The translations under genes and the position numbers were made by a program. Positions 10,376 through 22,264 of a stretch of 40,920 bases of DNA are shown here, piece by piece. Under the pieces are notes generated by a model. The model did not search any database, was not told the DNA's origin, and was given only the letters and a program-made list of their open reading frames with translations. This stretch comes from Salmonella phage 36, in the sequence record KR296690.1. The stretch is one strand, 5' to 3'. The number at the start of each line of letters is the position of its first letter. The first letter of the stretch is position 1.

Positions 10376-10735
10376 ACAAATCAGATCTATGGCATCGGCT
10401 GGAATTAATTTTTTTAGCGATGTAACAGGTGAATTTGATTGCATTACTCAACCTGGAAGCGTTGAAATTGTTGGCGGCGTTGAGGTTGAAAAGCCTGAAA
10501 TAAAAGTGAAGATTAAAGGTCTTGTGAGAGCACCACGGACGCGAGAAGTTGACGGAGAGACAATTAGAGTTACCGACAAGTTAGGCGTTTTTAATGCTGA
10601 TGTAGAGCTTAAAACGGATATCAGATTGATATCGACGGCGAGCGTTATGTTATGGTTGAAACAAGACCAATCAGACCAACAAGCATTACCGTTGCTTACC
10701 GTCCAATAATGCGGAGGGTTGCTGTTCATGGCTGA
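10365..10735 (+). CDS. neck/head-completion hypothetical protein (frame change near 10630)
   Basis: Frame-corrected end [33 protein letters not shown]; ATGG overlap with the next start at 10728. Confidence 0.55.
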
Positions 10736-11167
10736 TTATTCGATCCGAGAATTTCATGGCAATGTTGACAAATGGATCGAGCAAGTAGAAAGCGGATTGA
10801 ATGACGTGATTCAGATTTTTGGTGAAAAGGTTCACGGCGCATTAGTTGATATTGCGCCAGTGGACACAGGACGATTCAAAGCCAATATGCAGATCACAGC
10901 AAACAAGCCGCCTCTTTACGCGCTCAATCAATATGATCCTGATGGTGAGAAAACAAAGGCGGAAGGTCGCAGGACGCTTTATGCTTTATTGCATGGCGGA
11001 GGCGCTATTAAATCAATATACTTTTCAAATATGCTGATTTACGCTAATGCTCTTGAATATGGTCATTCAAAGCAAGCGCCAGCAGGGGTATTTGGTATCG
11101 TTGCGATCCGGTTGCGCTCTTACATGGCGGAAGCGATAAGGGAGGCGAGAAAGAAAATGCACTATGA
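10728..11167 (+). CDS. HK97 gp10-like neck protein (frame change near 11155)
   Basis: ALVDIAPVDTGRFKANMQI ... YANALEYGHSKQAPAGVFGIVAIRL is the HK97 gp10-type signature. Confidence 0.75.
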
Positions 11168-11548
11168 ATTATCTGTTGCGGCAAGAATGGCGCTGGCTCA
11201 AGAATACGAAAGCGAATATATGATCGCTTATGAAAACGTGAATTTACGCCACCAAAAGGCGGAGGCATTTGGCTTAAATATGACTACAAAGAAGCAGATA
11301 CAATAATTCATGATCTGAAAAGGAAATGCATTAGCTATATTGGAATGGTTCAGATCGGAATTGAATTCCCGCCAGGATCAGGAATTGACAAGGCTCGCAA
11401 GCTGGCAAAAAATATTGCTGATTTCTTTGAAGATGGTAAAATGCTTTCGAATGGCTATATTTCAGAAGGTGCAAAAGTGCATCAAGTTCAGAAATCAGAA
11501 TCAGGCTGGTTTTATCCAGTACGTTTTTATGTTCGTTATGATGGTTAA
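11157..11548 (+). CDS. tail terminator-like protein (DUF4128-like; frame changes near 11250-11320)
   Basis: Position after gp10-like gene; ...EFPPGSGIDKARKLAKNIADFFEDGKML...GWFYPVRFYVRYDG. Confidence 0.55.
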
Positions 11549-11562
11549 TAAAGGGGGCTATT

Positions 11563-12224
11563 ATGCACTTACCTAACGGATCACAGATTTTTATTGAAAA
11601 CACGCGCGGCCAGGCCGTAAATGCAACCAACGTAAGCAATGCAACCAAACCGGAATTCACGCTTGAAAGCGGCGGCGATGCATTCAATAAAGGTGATTAC
11701 ATTATCGTTACCGCCTCAAGTTGGGGTAAATTGCTTGATCGCGTTCTGCGTGTGACGGCGGCGGAATCAACTAAGGTTACTGTTGAAGGTATCGACACAA
11801 CCGATACTAACGTTTTTCCGGCTGGCGCTGTAACTGCGAGCTTTGCGAAAATCAACGGCTGGACAGAGATCCCATGCGTACAGGACTTGGGGCAGGACGG
11901 CGGAGAGCAGCAGTATTACAATTACCAGTGTTTGAGCGATGACCAGGAGCAGCAGTTACCAACCTATAAAAGCGCGGTATCACTGACTTACACATTTGCG
12001 CATGAATACGATAACCCGATTTATCCGCTCTTGCGTAAGGCTGACGAATCCGGAGACGTAAAGCATTGCGCATGTATGTACCAAAAGCGAAAGAAATGCG
12101 CCTTTGGGCTGGTGTGCTTTCTTTCAATGAAATCCCACAAACGGCGGTAAACGAAATGGAAACCGTTTCTTTGTCGGTATCCCTGAAAGGTCGCTTTACT
12201 TTCCTTCCTGCTAACCAGGATTAA
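11563..12224 (+). CDS. major tail tube protein (frame change near 12080)
   Basis: MHLPNGSQIFIENTRG...; frame-corrected C-terminus KAKEMRLWAGVLSFNEIPQTAVNEMETVSLSVSLKGRFTFLPANQD*. Confidence 0.75.
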
Positions 12225-12228
12225 TATT

Positions 12229-12256
12229 AAGGGGCGGCATTGCGTCCCTTTTTTAT
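12229..12256 (+). terminator. putative Rho-independent terminator
   Basis: Imperfect AAGGGG...TCCCTT hairpin with T-run. Confidence 0.5.
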
Positions 12257-12303
12257 TTGATGTAATATCACCTCAATATTTAACCACTCAGGAGAAATGA
12301 CAA

Positions 12304-12611
12304 TGGCTAAAATGAAATTGACTCTTGCCCCGCTTCCAGATTTCAAACTTCCAGTTAAATTTGTATTGCCGGATGGTAACGAGCAAAAAATTGTGTTTAC
12401 CGTTAAGCATAAAAAGCCAGCGAGATTCAAGAGCTTTACCAGAAAGAAGGTATTAAAGATCCTGAATTCATCATGAATGTTGCAGTTGGTTGGGATCTGG
12501 AAGAAGAATTCAACGAAGAAAACGCGCAACTGTTAGTTGATTATTATCCTGGCGCGGCGCTGGCTCTTATGGGATCTTATTTAAGTGCGCTGGCAGGGCA
12601 ACGCGTAAAAA
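12304..12611 (+). CDS. tail assembly chaperone, lambda gpG-like (frame change near 12420; end inferred near 12613)
   Basis: MAKMKLTLAPLPDFKLPVKFVLPDG...EIQELYQKEGIKDPEFIMNVAVGWDLEEEFNEENAQLLVDYYPGAALALMGSYLSALAGQRVK; located between tail tube and tape measure. Confidence 0.65.
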
Positions 12612-12930
12612 CTAAAACTGGCGGTTTATCTGTATTATCAGAAACCGCCGACAGATGCAGAATTGCAAGCCGTAGGATTAACCCGCGCAGACTATGAAGG
12701 AGAAGATCCGCCAGAGGTCATATTTGATGAAAGTATGATGCAATCATGGGATATATTTTGCGCGATGGGTACACAGTGGCGTAGTGCTGGCGCTGGTGCT
12801 TACGGTTTGATTATAATGTTTGCCTATGTTATTCAGAATCTATAAAATAGACGATGAAGAAATGGCCTTAAATGACTTGCGCATCATGGAACAAAAAGCA
12901 CTGGAAATGATGCAAGCAAATAACAAATAA
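12612..12930 (+). CDS. T portion of a G/GT tail assembly chaperone (DUF1799-like)
   Basis: Frame LKLAVYLYYQKPPTDAELQAVGLTRADYEGEDPPEVIFDESMMQSWDIFCAMGTQWRSAGAGAYGLDYNVLPMLFRI...MMQANNK*; has no good start of its own. Confidence 0.65.
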
Positions 12931-12952
12931 AGCGCCTACGGGCGCTTTTTTT
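12929..12952 (+). terminator. Rho-independent terminator
   Basis: AAAGCGCC TACG GGCGCTTTTTTT. Confidence 0.75.
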
Positions 12953-12967
12953 ATGAGGGTAAAATAT

Positions 12968-15875
12968 ATGGCTGAACAATTTGCAGGTTTAACACTTGGC
13001 GTTAACGTAGAGCAGTTAAACAGGGCTGTAAAGTCATTGCAGGACTTTAAAAAAGCAAACGACGAAGCAAAGAAAGGCGTTGAGAGCTTTGTTAATGAGG
13101 AAGAAATTGCAAAGCAAAGGGCAAAGCAATTAGCTGATGAATTGGCGAAACAGAGCCGTGAATTTAAACGCATTCAGGACACTGTTGATCCAACAGCGGC
13201 GAAAATGCGCAAGCTATCTCAGGCCGCAAGTGATCTTGATAAGCTATGGCAAAAGGGCATTGTTCCAGATGAAACGTTTTTCCAGTTGGGGAGTATGCTG
13301 GAAACGCAGATCAGTAAGCTGGAGCGTAACAAAAAAGGCGTAACGGAAGAAGGCCGCGCAGCACTTGAGGAATCAAAAGCCAAAAGAGAAAGCAGCGTTA
13401 GCCGGAAAACTTACCTTCTGCGGATCTGAATCGCAAGCCGCCGCGCTTGGAAAAAACAAAGCCGAATTGCTGGAAATGAAAGCGGCGCAACTTGGCGTAA
13501 GTGCTCAGGCCGCGCCATTTATCGCACAGCTTAAAGCGCAAGAAAAACAGATGAATTTAACCGGAATTAGCGCGGGGCAATACAAGCAAGCTATGGCGCA
13601 ACTTCCGGCTCAGATCACTGACGTTGTAACGTCGCTAGCTTCCGGTATGCCTGTTTGGTTGGTTGCAATCCAGCAGGGTGGACAGATTAAGGATTCTTTT
13701 GGCGGCGTTGGTAACACGTTTAAAGCGCTGTTGTCGTTTCTGAATCCGGTAACGTTGGACTTGCAGCCTTAGCCGTTTCAATGGGTGCTCTTGTTAAGGC
13801 TGGTTATGATGCGTATAAGTCGCAACGTGACTTGCAAGAGGCGTTGGTGCTGACTGGTGGATATGCTGGCACAAGCGGCGCACAGTTCGATAAGCTGGCG
13901 CAGGACATTAATAACAGCACTGATGCGACGATAGGAAACATCCGATCCATCGCAACAGAGCTTGCAAAATCCGGCAAGTTCACGATTGATCAGATTAAAG
14001 CAATTACGAAAACTACCGCTCAGTGGTCAACGGTAACGGGTGAATCAAGCGACAAAATAACCGATTACTTTAACAAGATTGCTGGCGATCCGGTTAAAGG
14101 TCTTGCAGAGCTAAACGAGCAATTCAACTTTTAAGCGAAGGGCAGTTAACTTATATTGCAGACCTGGAGAAAACGAAAGGTAAAACGGAAGCGGTAACGG
14201 CGGCGACAAAGTTATTTGCTGATGTTATGGATCAGAGATTAGCTAAACTGGCAGACTCCGCAACGCCACTAGAAAAGATGTGGACGAACATTAAAAAATG
14301 GGCGTCAGATGCATGGGGTTGGGTTGGAGATCACACGCTGGCGGCGCTTAACCTGATTATTGACGTTGTAGCCGGAACCGTTGAGCAGGTTCGTTATTTG
14401 CTTAATCAGGGTGATATTCTCATTGGTGAATTTATTGTGTCGGCAACCAAAACGATGCAAAAAATCCCAGGGCTTGATAATGTTGGTGATTCTGTTATTT
14501 CGCAGCAACAGAAGATTATCAATAACGCTAAGGAGAACAACAAGGAGCTATTAAAATCAATTGCCGAACGTAACGAGCGAGTCAAAAAAGGCGAGCAGGG
14601 TTACATTGACATGATGAAAAATCGTGCGGCGGTTGAACAGCAATATGCGACAAAAACAAAAGAGAATATCAGGAAGGAAGCCGAGGAATTAGCCAAACGC
14701 GATAAAAGCAAAAGGCTGAAAAAGTTAAGGTATCGGCTGGCGATAAGCTGGAAGAACAATATCAGCGTGATATCCTGGCGTTAGAAACTCAATTAAGAGT
14801 TTTGAAAGAACACAAGACGATCACTGATACCATAAGCCAGCAACGTAAATCTTTATGGGCTGAACAAGCTAAAATTCAGATTTTGCAAGAAGCCTCAACA
14901 AACGGCAACTTACTGATGAAGAAAAAAAGCATTTTAGCCAACAAAGATAAAATCCTGGCGATGGCTGAACAAAAAGCTATTTTAGGCGATCAGATTGTTG
15001 CACAAACGCGCCTTAATCAGTTGCAAGATAGCTCAATCAAGTTTATCCAGCAGCAGAAAGCAGCAACGGAAGCACTAGCCAAAACCAGAGGATTAAGCGA
15101 GCGTGAAGCAGCAAGGGCGGCGGAACGTGCAAAAGTTGAGGCTGATTATCTTGCCAAAGGAGGCAAGGAAGGAGATCCGCAACTAACCGCCATGATGGAT
15201 GCATTAGACAACCGTTATAAAGAGGAAGATGCTAAACGCGCTGATTGGTTGGCTGGCGCTAAAAATGCCTTTGCGGAGTACGGCGAGGAAGCAATGAACA
15301 TGTATGATAATATCGGCAACATTGCAAGCCAGGCGCTAAACGGCCTATCGCAACAAATGGCTGATTTTTTGACTACTGGACAAGCAAACTTCAAAGACTT
15401 TGCAAAATCGATCATTAGCCTGATTGTTCAGATGATCACAAAGATGGTTATCTTCAATAGCATTTCCGGCATGATGGGCGGCTCAACATGGACGCTTGGA
15501 AGCCTTTTAAGCGGTGCTGGTTTTGCTGGCGGCGGTTATACTGGCGACGGTGGCAAATATGATCCGGCTGGCGTGGTTCATAAAGGTGAGTTTGTTTTCA
15601 CCAAAGAGGCAACGCAAAGAATCGGAGCTAAAAACCTGTATCGCATGATGCGAGGTTATGCAAACGGCGGTCAAGTAGGAAGCGTGACAACTGGCGGCGC
15701 TGGCATCAATCGCGGTGCATCTCAATTTGCATTTGGTGATATCAACGTTAACATTGACAACGGTCAAGATCCAAAAGGGATGGAAACTGGTATCAAGATG
15801 ATTTTCACTGAAATGATTCAACGGTCATGCTCGCAAGGTGGCGAGGTTTATAATTTTGTTCATGGGAGGGCTTAA
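12968..15875 (+). CDS. tape measure protein (broken into about 5 frames: near 13400, 13775, 14135-14190, 14760)
   Basis: Long coiled-coil and hydrophobic protein, [40 protein letters not shown]-terminal [21 protein letters not shown]...[38 protein letters not shown]. Confidence 0.92.
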
Positions 15876-16222
15876 TGTTAGATGAATTTACCTGGTGTAC
15901 GCAGATTCAGAGCGGCGGCGGTGTAATGACAACTACCAATAATGACAGGGAAGTTATTTTTGGTAACGGTTATCGCCAAAAGGCATCTTCTGGATTTAAC
16001 ACGGAGCGCAGGGAGTTTTCTATTGTTTATGTTGGTAATGATTATAAGGCTGTTAAGGAGTTTATGACGGATCACAGATTAAAGCCTTTCTTGTGGAAAA
16101 CTCCTGATGGTAGCTTAGGGTTGTTTACCGTAAAAGCCGGAACGGTTGGACTAACGCCAATTAGCCGAACCGCTCAGGAAGTAAAAGCAACGTTTACAGA
16201 AGAATTTACATCCATGCGATAA
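15875..16222 (+). CDS. minor tail protein, lambda gpM-like
   Basis: [16 protein letters not shown]...REVIFGNGYRQKASSGFNTERREFSIVYVG; position between TMP and L. Confidence 0.75.
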   Translation: MLDEFTWCTQIQSGGGVMTTTNNDREVIFGNGYRQKASSGFNTERREFSIVYVGNDYKAVKEFMTDHRLKPFLWKTPDGSLGLFTVKAGTVGLTPISRTAQEVKATFTEEFTSMR

Positions 16223-16224
16223 AT

Positions 16225-16252
16225 CAAAGCCGCCATTGTGCGGCTTTTTTTT
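16225..16252 (+). terminator. Rho-independent terminator
   Basis: AAGCCGCCATTGTGCGGCTTTTTTTT. Confidence 0.65.
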
Positions 16253-16291
16253 ATTGTGTCTATAATGGTGCTTTATTGGAGGGCATAGAAT

Positions 16292-17050
16292 ATGGCTGAA
16301 AAACAGATCAAAAAGACTTTTGAAAATTGTCTGCAATCGCTTTTTCCTGGTGAAATAATTACGCTTGTTGAGGTTGACGGCACAAAATTTGGTGCGCAGG
16401 TTTACCGCTTTCATGCTGAAAATATCGCGTACACGCCAGAGGAATTAATGCAAGCGCGTGAAACTGGAGTATTGCCGCCGAAAGATATTAAATTCCGTGG
16501 CGAGGTTTACGGGGCGCGGCCTTTTGGGATTACTGGCATTGGCTTTACAAGTAACGGAAAGGCAGAGAAACCACAATTAGCGCTTTCAAATTTAGATAGC
16601 CGCGTATCTGCATTAATCAGATCATATAATGGCATGATGCAAGCCAAAGTAACAATTTGGGTTACATCGGCTGATTTAATTGATGAAGAAGGAAACGTGG
16701 AGGACGGCGCATATAGAAAGTTGGTTTATTATATTGAGCGTCCGAATTTTGTTAATCAGACAGTTGCACGTTTTGAATTAACATCACCTTATGATATGGA
16801 TGGAATTATGATCCCGCCACGGCTCACGCAAAGCGTTTGTTATTGGGCGCAAAGGGGATGGTATAGAAGCGGGAAAGGTTGCGGATATAACGGATCGGCA
16901 ATGTTCGATAAAGACAATAATCCGGTAACAGATCCGAGCAAGGATTATTGCGCCGGAACGGTTACAGCTTGTAAATTGCGATTTGGCGCTCAAAATGAAT
17001 TAGACTTTGGCGGTTGCGCGGTTGCATCACTATTGAGGAAAAACCAATGA
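16292..17050 (+). CDS. minor tail protein, lambda gpL-like
   Basis: Conserved Cys pattern (SVCYWAQRGWYRSGKGCGY...DYCAGTVTACKLRFG...DFGGC) and position. Confidence 0.85.
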   Translation: MAEKQIKKTFENCLQSLFPGEIITLVEVDGTKFGAQVYRFHAENIAYTPEELMQARETGVLPPKDIKFRGEVYGARPFGITGIGFTSNGKAEKPQLALSNLDSRVSALIRSYNGMMQAKVTIWVTSADLIDEEGNVEDGAYRKLVYYIERPNFVNQTVARFELTSPYDMDGIMIPPRLTQSVCYWAQRGWYRSGKGCGYNGSAMFDKDNNPVTDPSKDYCAGTVTACKLRFGAQNELDFGGCAVASLLRKNQ

Positions 17051-17765
17051 TTAACGCAAAAATAAACTTGAAATTATGCGCCATGCCAATGACGTTTATC
17101 CTAATGAATGTTGTGCTGGTAACTCAAAATCACGCGTACAGAAATATCACCGGATCGACAACGTAAGCAAGGAGCCGGAAAAGCATTTTGAAATGGACGC
17201 TGAACAATATGCAGAAGTTGAGGACGGCGGCGCGGATATCATAGCGATAGTTCATAGCCACACAGGGGAAGGGGCAACCACAATACCTAGCGCACACGAT
17301 TTGTGCATGTGTGATGAAACTGGTGTTTCTTGGGTTATCGTTTCGATACCAGAGGGAGACATGAGAATCATAGAGCCACAATCACGGCCTTTGATTGGTC
17401 GCCCCTGGTCGCTTGGCGCTTATGATTGTTGGGGGCTTATTATGGCCTGGCATAAAGAGCAAGGCGTGATCCTGAATGATTTCCGCAAGCCGTATGAATG
17501 GTGGAAGCCGGAACATGGTGAAAACCTTTATCAAGATAATTACTTGAAAGAAGGTTTTATAGAAACAGGAGAGCCGCCAAAGCCAGGTGATATGATCATA
17601 ATGCAGTTGCAAGCGCCAGTATGGAACCACGCCGGAATTTATTTAGGCAACAATCAACTATTGCATCATGCATTCGGCAAGTTGTCGCGAGTTGATTTAT
17701 ATTCTGGATGGTATCAGGAACACACAACAATGATTTGCAGACATAAGGATCTGAAAAATGAATAA
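17047..17765 (+). CDS. tail assembly protein, lambda gpK-like (JAB/MPN + NlpC/P60; frame change near 17073)
   Basis: HANDVYPNECCAG, VHSHTGEGATTIPSAHDLCMCDETG, GAYDCWGLIMAWHKEQG, HAGIYLGNNQLLHH. Confidence 0.88.
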
Positions 17766-18356
17766 GGTTATCAACGTAAAATTATCAGGCTCATTAGGTC
17801 GCCGCTTGGTGTTTTCCATAAATACGCTGTTGATAGTTGGCCTGAATGCGTAAGGGCATTATCAAGCCAGGTTGAAGGATTCAAAGAATTTATGCAAAGT
17901 GAAATCGGATCAAAGATGAAATTTGCAATTTTCGTTGATGGTAAAAATGTTGGCCTGAATAATGATAGTGCTTGGCGTTGTGCTCGCGAGGTTCGAATTG
18001 TTCCGGTGCCAACAGGTTCAAAAAGCGGCGGTTTATTTCAGGTTGTTTTGGGCGCTGTTATTATGGTCACTGCGTTTTTCACTGGTGGTGCATCGCTGGC
18101 GGCTATGGGTGCTTTTTCATCGGCTGCATTTATGATGGGTGGCGCAATGGCTCTTGGTGGTGTAATGCAGATGATTAGCCCACAACAAGGAGGAATGAGA
18201 ATGGAGAGCCAAAGCGCAGCAAATAAACCATCATATGCGTTTGGTGGTGCTGTTAATACTACAGCGGCAGGTTATCCGGTATGTTTGCCATATGGTTATA
18301 GAACTGTTGGCGGCGCTGTATTCAGTGCTGGCTCATACGCAGAAGATAAACTTTAA
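17758..18356 (+). CDS. tail assembly protein, lambda gpI-like (frame change near 17850)
   Basis: Starts MNKVINVKLSGSLGRRFG...; hydrophobic GGASLAAMGAFSSAAFMMGGAMALGGVMQMISP; end ...NTTAAGYPVCLPYGYRTVGGAVFSAGSYAEDKL. Confidence 0.8.
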
Positions 18357-18362
18357 TTATAT

Positions 18363-18389
18363 AAACCCGCCGTTGCGCGGGTTTTTTTT
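18363..18389 (+). terminator. Rho-independent terminator
   Basis: AAACCCGCCGTTGCGCGGGTTTTTTTT. Confidence 0.75.
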
Positions 18390-18439
18390 GTTACATGTAC
18401 AATGGCAGCACGTTTAAATAGCACAAAAGGTTAAAAGCT

Positions 18440-21400
18440 ATGATCAAAAATATGATAACTGGCAGTAAGGGCGGTTCTTCAAAGCCTCATACACCTGTTG
18501 AAATGGAAGATAACCTAATTTCAATTAACAGGATCAGAATTCTTTTAGCCGTTTCTGATGGTGAAGTTGATCCAGACTTTTCATTGAAAGATTTATATTT
18601 TGATGACGTTCCGGTTATTAATCAGGATGGTTCACTAAACTTTCAGAATGTTAAGGCAGAATTCAGACCAGGCACGCAAACGCAGGATTATATTCAGGGA
18701 TTTACTGATACAGCCAGCGAAATTACAGTTGCTCGCGATCTGACAGCCGCAACGCCTTATATTATTTCTGTTACCAATAAAAACCTTTCTGCGATCCGTA
18801 TTAAAATTTTAATGCCTCGCGGGGTTACTCAGGAAGATAACGGAGATCTAACAGGTGTTCGCGTTGAATATGCTGTTGATATGGCTGTTGATGGTGCTGA
18901 ATATAAAGAGGTTTTGCATGATGTAATTGAAGGTAAAACAATGAGCGGTTACGACAGAAGCCGCCGAATTGATTTACCTGTTTTCAATGATCGTGTTTTA
19001 TTGCGCGTCCGTCGCCTGACAGATAGCACGTCAGCAAGGGTAACGGATCTTATTAAAATGCAAAGCTATGCGGAAGTTGTAGACGCTAAATTTCGTTACC
19101 CCTGACTGGTTTAGTATATGTTGAGTTTGACAGCGAATTATTCCCTAATGCGTTGCCGAATATCAGCATTAAGAAAAATGGAAATCATTAATGTTCCGTC
19201 AAATTATGATCCTATTTCCCGCACTTACTCAGGGTCATGGGATGGAACCTGGAAAAAGGCATGGAGTAATAACCCTGCTTTTGTTCTGTATGATTTGATT
19301 ACCAATCAGCGTTACGGACTCGATCAAAGAGAGTTAGGCATCGAGCTTGATAAATGGAGCATTTACGAATGTGCGCAGTATTGCGATCAGATGGTTCCAG
19401 ACGGTAAAGGCGGAACAGAGCCGCGCTATCTTTGCGATGTTGTAATCCAGAGCCAGGTAGAAGCGTATCAGCTTGTGCGTGATATTTGTTCAATCTTCCG
19501 TGGCATGAGCTTTGGAATGGTGAGAGCCTTTCAATCGTGATCGATAAGCCTCGCGATGCGTCATACATCTTTACTAATGACAACGTGGTTAACGGTGAAT
19601 TCACTTACACGTTTGCCAGCGAAAAAAAGCATGTACACGCAATGCAACGTGACTTTCGACGACGAACAAAACATGTATCAACAGGATGTTGAGGGAGTTT
19701 TCGAAACGGAGGCGTCGTTACGCTTTGGATATAACAGCACGTCAATTACTGCGATTGGATGCACACGACGCAGCGAAGCCAACCGCCGTGGACGCTGGAT
19801 TTTAAAAACCAACGTCAAGAGCACAACGGTAAACTTTGCTACAGGTCTGGAAGGTATGATCCCAACAGTAGGCGATGTGATTGTTGTATCGGATAACTTC
19901 TGGTCAAGTGCTCTAACGCTGAATCTATCAGGTCGCGTGATGGAGGTTAGCGGGTTGCAGGTGTTCACGCCGTTTAAGGTTGACGCAAGAGCAGGTGATC
20001 GCATTCTGGTAAATAAGCCGGATGGTAAGCCAGTTGGTCGAACCATTGCGCGTGTGAGTGATGACGGTAAAACGCTAACGCTAAACACGACTTTTGGTTT
20101 TGACGTTCAGCCGGACACCATTTTTGCAATTGAGCGAACCGATATTGCACAGCAACGATATGTTGTAACCGGAATCACTAAGGGTGACGGTGATGAAGAA
20201 TTTACCTACAACATAACGGCTGTTGAATACGATCCTAACAAATACGATGAAATTGATTATGGCGTAAACATTGATGACCGTCCGACTTCAATCGTGCAGC
20301 CTGACATTTTGCCAGCGCCGCAAAACGTCAAGATCGAATCTTATTCGCGAGTTGTCCAGGGAGCGAGCGTGGAAACAATGCACGTTTCATGGGATAAGGT
20401 TGAATATGCAAGCCTTTATGAAATGCAGTGGAGAAAAGACAATGGCAACTGGAACAACACGCCGCGCACAGCCAACAAGGAAACAGAAGTTGAAGGTATT
20501 TACGCCGGAAACTATCACGTAAGGGTAAGGTCTGTTGCAGCGAATGGTTCAGCGTCTGGATGGTCAGCCATTGTAAGCGCCGGATTAACTGGCAAGGTTG
20601 GCGAACCGGAAAGGCCAATTAACCTTACTGCGTCTGATAATGAAGTTTTCGGAATTCGCGTAAAATGGGGTATGCCAGAAGGAAGCGGAGACACGGCATA
20701 TATTGAGTTGCATCAAGCGCCTAACGGTGCTGATGGTCATCCTATCGTTGATGAAGCAACGCTCTTAACGCTGATACCGTTCCCGCAATATGAGTATTGG
20801 CATTCAATACTGCCAGCGGGTCATGTTGTCTGGTACAAGGCAAGGGCAGTTGACAAAATCGGTAACGTTTCTGATTGGACTGATTTTGTGCGCGGCATGG
20901 CTTCCGACGATACGAGCATTATCACGGATCATATTAAGGTCGATATTGAAAATTCTGATGGCTATAAGTGGTTGCAGGAAAACGCAATAAAGGCCAATGA
21001 TAAGATCCACAGCACAGCGGAATCAGTAATTGAAAACGCATTAGCGAATGACAAAGATGTTCGACGTATGCGAGTTGAAAACGGCAAGCGTAAAGCGGAG
21101 TCTTGCAATCGCTGAAACTCATTGCAGACGAAACAGAAGCAAGGGTAACGCAGGTCACTCAAATGAGTGCGCAATTTGACGAGAAATTAACGGCTCAAAA
21201 TAGCGAATTGAGAGAGGTAATTGCTAACAGCACTGAAACCATTAGCCAAAGGATTGATCAGCTTACAGCTACGTTTGAGGGCGAAATTGACGGGGTTAAG
21301 CAGGATATCAAAGCACAGATAACTGATGTTAACCAGGCAATCACTAATGAAGCGGAAGCGCGAGCGTCAGCGGATAGGGCGTTATCAACTCAAATTGGTG

Positions 21401-22214
21401 ATACCCAATCAGCGGTTAACCAGAAACTTGATTCATGGGTTAACGGTACAAGCGTTGGCGCGATGTACGGCGTAAGTTGGGGATCAGGTACAACGGGCAG
21501 GAATATAGCGCAGGTATGGCGCTTTCTCTTGTCGCTGATGGTGGCGGAGTTAAATCACAATTCCTGTTTGATGCTGGACGATTTGCGATCATCAACAATG
21601 CTCAAAGCGGAGCCTTTACATTACCGTTTGTTGTTGAAAATAATCAGGTGTTTATTAATAGCTTGCTTGTTAAAAATGGTTCTATCGGTAATGCACAGAT
21701 TGCTAACTTCATCAACTCTAACAACTGGCAGAGCGGGGTTGCAGGATGGGCTATTAACAAAGATGGTTACGCTGAATTTAACCAGGTAACTGTAAGGGGT
21801 ACGGTGTACGCAAACGCCGGATCATTCACAGGTAACGTTTATGCTACTGATGGATGGTTCAGGGGTACTGTTTACGCTGAAAAAATTGAGGGTGACGTTG
21901 CAAAGGCTGTTGTTCTTGGGTTTAACGGATCGGTTCACATTCCGGCTGTTAACTACAACAGACACCTTGTTATTCCTTACGTTGGTTTGCATGGTTGGAC
22001 GTATTCAGGCGGATACGGGCAGGGCGGCGGTACTGTTTGGGTGGATTCATCATATGGCGGTCGAATTGCTAACGTTAGTTCAACTGCGATGCATGGCGGC
22101 GGTAGTGCTTACATTATGTTGCCAGCAGGTAATGCAACCACGCTTTCTTATGGTGGAAGTCTTGACCACGCTAACGCGGTTCCAGTTTTAACGGTTCTGT
22201 TATTCAAAGTGTAA
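18440..22214 (+). CDS. tail tip attachment/central fibre protein, lambda gpJ-like (broken near 19105, 19525, 21090, 21500)
   Basis: GSKGGSSKPHTPVEMEDNLISINRIRILLAVSDGEV..., FNIII-like region, C-terminal DUF1983-like ADGGGVKSQFLFDAGRFAI...GWAINKDGYAEFNQVTVRGTVYA. Confidence 0.92.
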
Positions 22215-22228
22215 AAAGGAGGTAAATC

Positions 22229-22264
22229 AATGCCCTGGCTTAACGGTCGGGGCATTTTGTTTTC
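22229..22264 (+). terminator. terminator at the end of the tail operon
   Basis: AATGCCC ... GGGCATTTTGTTTTCTTTT. Confidence 0.5.

Noticed and set aside
10448-10729. Minus-strand ORFs opposite the late genes (also 128-496, 5134-5607, 9105-9492, 11331-11687, 14305-14508, 17130-17381, 19678-20088)
   Set aside because: They lie antisense to well-supported structural genes, lack RBS or recognisable motifs, and are explained by reverse-complement coding bias.
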